From: Eledone cirrhosa
Lineage: Eukaryota
Assembly (NCBI GenBank): GCA_964016885.1
Contig: OZ024743.1
Location: 199,020,001 to 199,084,000, forward strand
Reading direction: 5' to 3'
Length of the DNA stretch: 64,000 nt
Position numbers and translations under genes: made by a program. The notes under the pieces are model-generated. The model was not told where the DNA came from and made no database searches. It worked only from the letters and a program-made list of their open reading frames with translations. Below are positions 53,191-64,000 of this stretch, in pieces (position 1 is the stretch's first letter; each line of letters begins with the position of its first letter).

Positions 53191-54547
53191 CATTTTAGTT
53201 TAAATCATTGTAAGATGCGTAATAAATGATAAGATGTTCGGAAAACCGATACAATGCGGGTAGCAATATATATATGGTGCTGCAGTAAAAGGATGACAAA
53301 ATAAAACAAAACAAAATGTGTTTACCCAATATATTTCCTCGTGATATATACCTTCTTTAAATGAATGCAGAAAATATTATATGTAGTGTGTGTGGTAGAT
53401 ATATGGTGTGCTCCTAAACAGAGCAGTCCTAATAGCGATCTCTGTTCTTTTGTAGATTTTTGTATCTCCGTTCTATTATTGATGTTAGCTCTCTGCATGT
53501 TTATAATTATAGCTTCCTTAATTCGTAAATTCCCACCACCCTCTCTGTCGCCTCTAAGATGTCCTTATGCACTTCTGCAGATTTTTTTGATGAGACAGTT
53601 ATGAAATGTATATATATTGTTGTATATATGGAGTGGGGTTGCTATAGAGTAGTTTATCTCGGGAGAAACACCACCAAGAAGAGCAAGTAGGACAGCCGAC
53701 CTAATGATAGCATATTCTGTCTCAAGCTGCCAAATTTCAATGAGAGAACAACAGCTGCCACCCGACAATCTATCCGTAGTGACGGTCTGAACATACAACA
53801 GGAGACAACTATGTATGCATATATATATATATATATATATAAATATAAATTAGCGAGAATCGTTTTCAGCTCAGGAATTAACGAAAATCAACGTCCGATA
53901 TGTGTGGCAAGCGCTCGATGAATCATATGAATCAGAGCTACAACATACGTTAAGGGCCAAACACACTGAGATGATGGTTAAACATATCATCCGCACAGCC
54001 AAAATTAAAACGACCAAGTAATTCGGGTCAAACAATAAAAATATATGTGTTGATACTTTCCCGGACCCTATATATATATATATATTTAAAAGTTAAAAAA
54101 CAAGGTTCAATGAATACATTAAAGAATGAGTTTTACAATAGATTGGAAGCACTCAACAGTGAGGTTTTCCAGAGTTATTAATATTAATTCAAAATATTAA
54201 CAAAATATATATTCTTGTGATCAATTATATTTTATTATACATATTTCAGAGGTACTGAGTTAAGTTCAACAGTACGTCTTGATCAGATAAAATAAAATGA
54301 TACATGACATACCCTGACATAGTAGATGGTTAAGATTCAGTCATGGTAGTGATTAACTTATGACAAAACTCAATATTTATACCCTAATATTGAGAACATG
54401 AGATAACATAATACAAACAATAGAGAGGGTACGTGTAATAGAGTTTAAGAAATACATGGCATCAATATAAAAGTTATAACATTTTTAATTTTAAAATATG
54501 ACTGAATTTTAACCATCTACTATGTCAGGGTATGTCATGTATCATTT

Positions 54548-54614
54548 TATTTTATCTGATGAGGACGTACTGTTGAACTTAACTCAGTACCTCTGAAATA
54601 TGTATAATAAAATA
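54548..54614 (+). ncRNA. Type I hammerhead ribozyme in the 5' pLTR of the Penelope-like element
   Basis: tattttat-CTGATGA-ggacgtactg..cagtacctct-GAAA-tatgta-TA^ataaaata, with predicted cleavage after 54606. Copies at about 54235-54295 (-, CTGATCA) and 59061-59127 (+, CTCATGA) have mutated cores. Confidence 0.8.
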
Positions 54615-54803
54615 TAATTGATCACAAGAATATCTATTTCGTTATTATTTTGAATTAATATTAATAACTCTGGAAAACCTTTTCTGTTGAGTATTTCCTA
54701 TCTATTGTAAAACTCATTCTTTGATGTATTCATTGAACCTTGTTTAACTGCTCCCAGCAGGTTGAGCGCTTTTCTCTACAATAGATTGCATATTTAATAA
54801 ATT

Positions 54804-57069
54804 ATGGAATTCTTAACCTTCCCGACATCGCTCAAGGATATACCTATACCATCTAATGAGGAATACATGAGGAAAATTATTGAACAAACAAACTCTTTTA
54901 TAAGAAGAGTGAGATGGCGAACATTTCATTTCGATAATAAAGAAGCTAAAAGAAAAACCAACATCAATCATTTCGAAACTTTATTTAAATCAAGAAAGAA
55001 TCCTCCATACAGCAAACTCCTGGAGGATTTTGAAACTGAAATGCTCGGTATACTTAAGAAAATTAAATTCAGGAAAAACCCATATATAGGTCACCAATAC
55101 CTTAGAACTTTAAAATAAAAAATCTCGGAAATAAAAAAAGTTAATAAAATATTGGTAAAATCAGACAAAACAAATAATTTATATGGGATAAATAAAGAAG
55201 AATATAATAACTTGATTTTAAAAGAACTAAGGAACAATTATAGAAAAGCTCCGGCCGAAGATCTTACAGACATCAATAATGATGCATATAAATTAATTGC
55301 AAAGTTAGGAATTGAAGAAAGAACCGAGCCTCTTATACCTAGACAGCCGAGGATAAATTTTAAAGATCACAAAATAAATTTTGTGGAAGACTTGCCAGTT
55401 AGACTGATTGCTCCATCTAAATCGGATATTGGAGTAATCAGTAAGAATATTATTGATAGAATTCTACCTATTTTGAAATTGAGGTCTAAATTGAGCTTGT
55501 GGAAGGATACAAATGAAGTGATTGAATGGTATAAAAATAGAGATGATAAGAAAAACCGTAAATTCATCCAGATAGACATAACAAGCTATCACTCTTCCAT
55601 TACGCCTAACCTACTAAATAAGGTTTTATCATACGCTTACAAACATACTGATCTAACTACGGATGAAATTGATATCATATTAACTGCTAGAAGAACTCTA
55701 ATTAACTTCAACAATGACTATTGGACCCGCTCAGATAGAAATATAAACTTCGACATTACCATGGGATCATCTGATTCAGCGCAAATCACGGATCTTCTGG
55801 GGATTTTCATCTTAAATATGATAAATAGAAAACTGCCGGAGATTACCGGTGGTTTATATAGGCACGATATTTTATTTACGGTTGTTAAACACAACAATAT
55901 AGAACTAAATAGGGTAAAGAAGAATATAATTGAATTCTATAAAAATTAAGACCTTAAACTAGAGGTAGAAAGTGGTACCAAAATAGTTAATTTCCTTGAT
56001 GTTACCCTTAACTTAAACTCTGGTTTTTATTACCCTTTCCATAAGCCCAATGAAAACTTAAATTACGTTAATTATTACTCTAATCACCCTAAATCTGTGA
56101 AAAAGGCAATTGTAAATAGCGTACAAAACGCATAAATAGAATATCTGCCAATAAATCAATATTTGATGAACATGCAAGTTATTACAATGATGCGCTAAAA
56201 AAGGCAGGTTATAAAAATAATATAGAATATATAGACAATAATAATTCGAGTATTAATCCTGATAAAAATAATGGCATATATAAACGAAATTCTACAAATT
56301 CTAATAATTGTAATTCAAACACCTGTACTGTGAATAAATCGGGGAAAAGAACCAGATCTAAATCAGTTATATGGTTTGCCCCACACCCCCTGCTTCTGTA
56401 GCAGTAAGAACACCAATAGCTAATCTATTTTTTAAAGCTTTAGATAGTTCATTCCCTAGTCAACTTAAATACCACTCCATAGTTAATAGACACACAATTA
56501 AACTGTCTTATTCTACAACTATGAATATGGCCCAAAACATCGCTAAAATAAACAGTATAATTCTAAACCAAAATCAACATAATGCTATTAATAATAGTGT
56601 TAATATAAATAATAATAAATCAAAATGTAATTGTAGAAATAAACCAGATTGCCCTCTGCAAAATAATTGTCTGGATAGAAATCTGGTGTATAAATGCACC
56701 GTAAAAACAAATAACAACACATACAACTACATAGGAGCAACTTCTTCGACATTTAAATCGAGATTTGCGAATCACAAATGCTCATTATCGAATTTTAATA
56801 GGAAGTCTTCGACTTCTTTATCACAACTTATATGGTCATTAAAAGACAAAAATTTAAAATACTCGATCTTTTGGACGAAGCTTTGTAATAGTAAAATATA
56901 TACCAACTCATCCATATCAATTAACTGCAACCTCTGCACAAAGGAGACCCTATTAATAATTAATAATTATGAAAACTTAATTAACAAAAAATGTGAATTT
57001 TTCTCAAACTGCCTTCATAAAGCTTTGTCTACATTCCAAGCCTCGCAAAAAGTCAGGAAAAGACAGTAA
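54804..57069 (+). pseudogene. Penelope-like RT + GIY-YIG endonuclease ORF, disrupted
   Basis: Motifs SLKDIPIP..FIRRVRW, VKSDKT, FIQIDITSY, TMGSSDS, GLYRHD (YRDD mutated), VNFLDVTL, SNHP, CNCR..CPL..CL..LVY..YIG..FKSRF..H and CNLC..E. TAA stops at 55116 and 55947; frameshifts near 56128 and 56380. Confidence 0.9.
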
Positions 57070-59385
57070 ACAATCAGGCCTGATTTTTTACGTCTCTTAT
57101 CAACTGTTGGACATAACAAGTCATAACGGTTTATAAAACTTTAATAATGCTTTATCTTCTAATCATTTATGATAGAATTAATGTTAGAATGAAGGACACA
57201 CGTTTGATAACTTGTTTACTTGATAAATATACATACCTTATGATTTTTTGGATATTTATAATTTTGATTCAGATCTTTATTTATCTGTCTCTGTTTTAAA
57301 TATATAGTTTGGATATTTGACTTATAAATTTACTGATTATAATTGAACTGTGGATCATTCATGCGTTTGCATATTTTATATATTTTATTCATTTTGAGTA
57401 TGTTTTGGGGGACTCAGAAAGTTAGATTTGCTTTTGGGTTTTTTTACGTATATCTATGTATAAATATAACAAATCATAATAGCCGACAAATATTGGTCTA
57501 TCTCTCCACTAAACTGGAGGTAAAACTACAATTATAGCATTACTAATAATGATTATAATTATTATTCTTTATTAAATGTATACCGTTTCATTAATACCTA
57601 TAATAATATCTCTATATAGTTGTACAAATATCTTTATCTAGTGCAATAACATAATCGTAGTTACATTTATGAATAATTTAGACACAGGAATAATTTAGAC
57701 ACATGACTTTATATTGTTATAAGTGTTTGATATTCCCTGGAAGGTCGAACTTATATAATCATTTACTTAATATAATATAATTTAATTTAAATTATTTTAT
57801 TTTATTTTATTTTATTTTAATTAAATTTAGATTAACTTCGGCTTTTTCAAATATTTAGCCCCTCATTATATCACATTCGCTAAAATATTTTAGATATATA
57901 TTTTCTATACTATATTAAAACCCTATTGCATTTATAATATATTTTTAATATTTGGCATCTTTAAGTGTCGCAAACAATTCATTTTCGTTTATTTGTATAT
58001 TTATTTTGTATCTAGCCCCTATCATTAGGACTCATATAGTTTTGACTTATATCTTTATAGTATATATCAACTAAATGAAAATAATTGATATAAAACATTA
58101 ATTATTTAGCAATATTTTTAACAACATTTTTAACTATATATATTTTTTAACAATATTTTCAGTAACTTATTTACTATATTGCATTATTGCATTATTATAT
58201 TATATTATATTATATATATTTGAAAGGTATCACCTCAATTATAAACAAATAATAAACTATAATCTTTGTATTTTTTTATCAATACATATATATAATTAAA
58301 AATCGAACCTCTTTAAGTTTAGTTATAAGGCCGGTTGATACTTTAGGCACTCAAACTATTTAACAATAAATTCTTTAATAATTATAACTATAATTATTTT
58401 ATAAATTATATTATAGAAACTGTTGTCAATATTATAAATAATTTTGGTAAAGATTAACTTCGTGAAGATAGAAAAACATTATATATATTTTCTTTCTCGT
58501 GTTTCGTAAATCCTTTAAATTTGTTTTCATAAAATTTGAATTTTAGAAATTAAACATAATTATATTATAATATTAATACAAATACCTATTAACTTTTAAA
58601 ACCTAAAATATTATTCATTACCCTGGAATAACTTAAATTAAATATTTTGAAAATTAACCGCCAACTATATTATTTTGGACATGTTTTGCAAATATGGAAA
58701 TCTGTGTATATAAACTTGAACATAAATTACTCCCTTTTGTCTCTCTCTCTCTCTTTAATCATCTTTAATCTGTTTCTTCAATCCACCTACTAAATATATT
58801 ATCACATCAGCTATTTCTTCCTCTATGCTTTCCTTTCCCTCCTCTTTCTCCAGTAGTTTTTAAAAATTAAATATTTTATAACTGTTAAATTGATGCCATG
58901 TATTTCTTACTCTCTATTACACGCACCCTCTCTATTGTTTGTATTATGTTATCTCATGTTCTCAATATTAGGGTATAAATATTGAGTTTTGTCATAAGTT
59001 AATCACTACCATGACTGAATCTTAACCATCTACTATGTCAGGGTATGTCATGTATCATTTTATTTTATCTCATGAAGACGTACTGTTGAACTTAACTCAG
59101 TACCTCTGAAATATGTATAATAAAATATAATTGATCACAAGAATATCTATTTTGTTAATATTTTGAATTAATATATATATATATATTGTAATACACATAT
59201 ATACATATGTATATACATAGAGAGAGTGAAGGAGAGGGATATATAAATATATATGTATATATATATGCAAAAGTTCTATTTAAAATTGTTGGGATGCAAC
59301 AAGTAAATATTTTATAACTGATATAAAGCACTCGACAAGTTTTTTGAGTAGATATACGATATTAAATAAATGGAAACTATATTTA

Positions 59386-59514
<129 letters not shown>

Positions 59515-59948
59515 CAGGGCATATAAATCTGTAGTGTGTTTGTTATACATATGCAATGTGTTTTTGTTGAAACTGTATAGTCAATTATGTATTGAGTATA
59601 ATAATAGCATATATGCATATATAATTATAGTCTCAGTACTTCGTCATATAATAATAGAGCTTACTGTGTGTGTGTGTATTTGTGTATATATATATATACA
59701 TATATATTTATGTATATGAATATATGTATATATACATATGTATGTATGCGTATATATAAATGCAAGCATTCACAATGACATGCTGAATCTTTGAAGATGA
59801 GGCCACGCACTTCATTGTATACAATTATATTTGCTATATGTGTATATAGATATGATAACTGTAAAATGCTATGTGTATATATTTACACCAAGCAGAATAA
59901 ATTAGTATAAAAAAATATTCGTATTAAGGTAAATTAAGTACAGCTCAT

Positions 59949-60038
<90 letters not shown>

Positions 60039-60284
60039 CTTTATTTGGGGTTTTTATTGATGGATTCTTTTTTACTTTAGTTGTCATCAAAGTTTCTTGT
60101 ATTTTGTCATTGTTTTTCGTTTCCATTAAAATTTAACTGAAATAAAATTATAAAAATAAAATTTCAAAAATAAAATTTTCACACCTCACTTATGATTTTT
60201 GTTTTTTTTTATGGTTATTTGTTCATATTATTAATATATATTTTGTTATACTACGCACACACAAGAACAAACGCATGCACGCAA

Positions 60285-60359
<75 letters not shown>

Positions 60360-61630
60360 GTAATATACCTATTCCGTGTCTACAATTGATAATGGTAAAA
60401 AGAAAATAACTTTAAAAATCTTATTTTTTAATTGTTTTAAAATCTTTTAAAATACAAAGAGACAGAGAAACAGACAGGGAAAGCGAGAGAGAGATGAAGA
60501 GAGAGATAAAGAGAATGAGAGCGAGAGTGAGAGAGAGAGAGGATGGCGTTGGGGTTCGGGTTCGGGGAATACTGAATTAAAGTGTGAGAAGAAAGAAGAG
60601 TGTGAGAAAAAAAAACTGAAACTTTTTAAAATTGAAATAAAACAAATAAATTACTATTGACCAACTTTTAAATAAAAACAAAATATATAAGTTTGATCAT
60701 TTGTTTGCTGTTATTTTCTTCTTTTTAAATATATCGTCATCTTCACCTTTTCAATCGCATTTCAATAATGCAAATAATTGTGATCCAATCTTGAAAAACT
60801 AAAAATTTAATTTTATAACATCTTATAATTCTTTTTTTTATTTCGATTTATTTTTAAAGAAATTATTTGATTATAGAAAACTTCTGTTTGGTTCTTTCCC
60901 TATTTTCGGGGCTTTAAAAAAAAATTTTGTTAAATCTAAATTCATCTATTGGAACAAACCATTCAGCCACCCTCTTTCTCTCTCCGCTTTCTCTTTAAAT
61001 TTATTTCCCTCTCGATTTTTCTCTCCCTCCCCCTATCGCTTCTCTCTTCATCCATTGCCTTGTTCTCCAGTTTTGTCTTGCTTTGATTTTATTATTGTTC
61101 TTGATTTATTTAAACTTTCTTCAGTTCGTCTAGCAATCTCTCTCTCCCTGTTTCCCTCTCTCTCTCTTTCTCTTTCTCTCTCTCTCTCTCTCTCTGTATA
61201 TATATATATATATATATACACACACTTTCATTAACCCTCCCTTTTCTCACACTTTTCCTTGATTTAATATTAACTTGTTCTCTTCATGTTTTTATGAATC
61301 TTTATCTTCTTCTATCATTTCATTTATTCTATCTCTTTCTCACCCACCATTCTCGCTCTCTCATCTCTTTCTTCCTTGCTCTCACTCTCTGACTTTCCTC
61401 CACCACATGTGGTCACCCCTCTCTCTCTCCCTCTTACTCTGTATATAATAGATATGCATTTATATGTGTGTGTGTACTCAACTATTTGCCAATACGTCGA
61501 CACAGCTATCGAGCTATCTATCCATCTTTCACCCTCTTTCTATCTCTCTCTCTCTCTCTCCCTCTCTCTATGTATATATATATATATGTATATATATATA
61601 TAACTCTTCCTCTATCTATCTAACACAAAC

Positions 61631-61686
<56 letters not shown>

Positions 61687-62185
61687 AGCCTGCCTATTTA
61701 ACTTCATATATATTTGTTTATATTTAACTATTTATTCAATATTCCCGCTATTTATCTATCCAACTCCTCATCACAGTCTCTAATTTATTTTCTCCTTTAA
61801 CTAATTCTAAGTACATATTGCTTCCATCATTTCCCTCCAGTCCCTTGTCTACCCTACCTTCTTTTACTCCTACCTCTCTTTCTCAGTATCATTTCATCTT
61901 TAACTCTCACCTCTATTCACTCTCTTCTATTTTGTCTCTATTTCAATCAAATTCGTTTTCACTCTCTCTCGTATATTTTTTGCCTTCTGTTTTTTTTCTT
62001 TCTATTTTTCTAATTGCAAACATCAATATCTGTTTAATGATTTAAACAAAACAGAAGAATTATTAATAATCTCATATGGTAGTATGTATATATATATATA
62101 TATATGCATGTATACAAACATAGGTACATTCATATTAACACATACATATTTATATATACAAACATACGTACATACATATATACAC

Positions 62186-62252
<67 letters not shown>

Positions 62253-62564
62253 TACATATATGCATGCACACATATACATATTGTGTTTTTTCTTTGTTCA
62301 ATTTAGAATAAACCCTTACTAGGGACATATTTAGCATAAATAATCAGTTTGTTAAGGACATATTTAGCCGACAAATGCAAAATTTTAAATTATTTGCAGA
62401 AATAAATAAAATTATTTTAAAAGATTTGTTTCAAAATTAATTAGATACGTATTTTAACAAGAAAATATTTCTTCTGGTAAAACAAGGAATAAATATATTT
62501 ATATATAAATGTGTATGTACATACACTCACAAACAAACTCATACGCTCATACACATGCACACAT

Positions 62565-62657
<93 letters not shown>

Positions 62658-62926
62658 ATCATAAATAACTCATATATAAGTATAAATAATATTATAAGCA
62701 TATATATATATATATATATAAGCATATATAAGCATATATATATATATATATATATTTGTCTGTGTGCATCTGTGAGTTTTGTGTGTTATCAAAATGTTTT
62801 CTTTTACTCAAAATTCCCACTGTACACCCTATACACCCTACAACAGCCAGCCACATGTACAAAGTCTTTCATCAGGCATTCAGCAAACACATGCATAAGT
62901 TAACGTGTTTTATCCTTGTCATTAAG

Positions 62927-62976
62927 GTAAACAGATTGAACTTCCATCTCCAGACGTGCCATGCAGTGCACCAAAC
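62927..62976 (+). CDS. Possible 50-nt host micro-exon (GKQIELPSPDVPCSAPN)
   Basis: Preceded by ttttatccttgtcattaAG and followed by GTAAGA; one frame is open. No recognisable homology and no partner exons identified. Confidence 0.2.
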
Positions 62977-63113
62977 GTAAGATATGAGAAATTTAAGCAC
63001 AGACATTACAAACACTTTATTGTTACGTTGGATGTATATATATTTGTTTTAATATGAGATGAGATGATGATGTTTGTATGTGTATATACATATATGTATA
63101 TATATATATATAT

Positions 63114-63473
<360 letters not shown>

Positions 63474-63477
63474 TTTG

Positions 63478-64000
63478 TTTTGCCCATAAAACCTGTCCGG
63501 CGATTCTTTTCTGAGACATTCTAGCAGTTGTCCATAGTATCGGAGCTGTGATCGCTCAATTCAGAGAAGTTGCTGCTCTACCTCGAGTGACTCTCTCATG
63601 TCCGAGCTACGCACTGGATCGAGAAACGTTACTCTAAAGACTCTTCGGAGGAACCCCATTTCGGCCACTTGTATTCGCGATCGTATTCTTTCGGTCGTTA
63701 CCCACAAATTTCACTCACAAGTCTTGGATCGACACAAATCAAAAGTGACAGTGACTTCTTATTCTTCTTGAACTCCTACCAGAGTGTCCTACCAGAAACA
63801 ACTGTCTCCAAATGATCTGGATTGATCTTTAAGCAGAACCAACCGAGTTTATGGATGTTATCCAACCATCTCGCTTGTAGTCTTCCTTTGGGTCTCCTGT
63901 TGGTTGGCTTTGGCAATGAATTTTGTCTGGTGATTCTTGCTTAGACATTCGAACCCTATATCCGTAGTACCAGAGCCATGATCACTCAATACCGAGAAGT
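63478..64000 (-). mobile_element. Two adjacent RTE-clade (Rex3/Expander-like) LINE C-terminal fragments
   Basis: WVTTERIRSRIQVAEMGFLRRV..VRSSDMRESLEVEQQLL*IERSQLRYYG (63478-63712) and LLGIE*SWLWYYGY..RM..RRPKGRLQARWLDNI (63740-64000). Confidence 0.75.

Larger units (their letters stand above)
54091..59172 (+). mobile_element. Near full-length Naiad-type Penelope-like retroelement with inverted 5' tail copy and pseudo-LTRs
   Basis: Inverted 3'-end copy at 54091-54496, forward pLTR at 54498-54750, RT/GIY-YIG ORF, ~1.9-kb AT-rich 3' region, and a terminal repeat at about 58858-59172. (TA)n on both flanks. Confidence 0.9.

Noticed and set aside
55116-55949. Selenocysteine or readthrough explanation for in-frame stops in the Naiad ORF
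   Set aside because: Both stops are TAA at non-Cys positions and co-occur with frameshifts and a YRDD to YRHD change, consistent with decay.
59902-60126. ORF METKNNDKIQ.. as a first coding exon
   Set aside because: It runs into an (AAT)n/(TAT)n microsatellite with no homology or donor evidence.

Overview
AT-rich, microsatellite-saturated animal DNA. The repeat types suggest an octopus/coleoid cephalopod; this is inference, not proven. No host protein-coding gene can be supported, and most ORFs in the track are artefacts of (TA)n/(GT)n/(GA)n/(ATC)n repeats. The window is a retroelement landscape. It holds a near full-length decayed Tx1/L1-clade LINE (12.3-18.1 kb, -) and a 5'-truncated sister copy (38.1-40.6 kb, +). 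It also holds a near full-length Naiad-type Penelope-like element with RT, GIY-YIG and hammerhead-bearing pseudo-LTRs (54.1-59.2 kb, +). Smaller pieces include fragments of R4/Dong-, CRE- and RTE-like LINEs, about a dozen tRNA-derived SINE copies and three hAT-like MITEs. The main discovery is a ~320-nt non-coding, highly self-complementary repeat carrying a minimal type I hammerhead ribozyme. It occurs at five loci as tandem, inverted or partial copies, i.e. a candidate retrozyme (circular-RNA mobile element), and one copy is fused to a Naiad RT fragment. At least four other hammerhead-like families are present, including one with a consistent non-canonical CA- core. All coordinates and structures were read by eye and may be off by a few bases.
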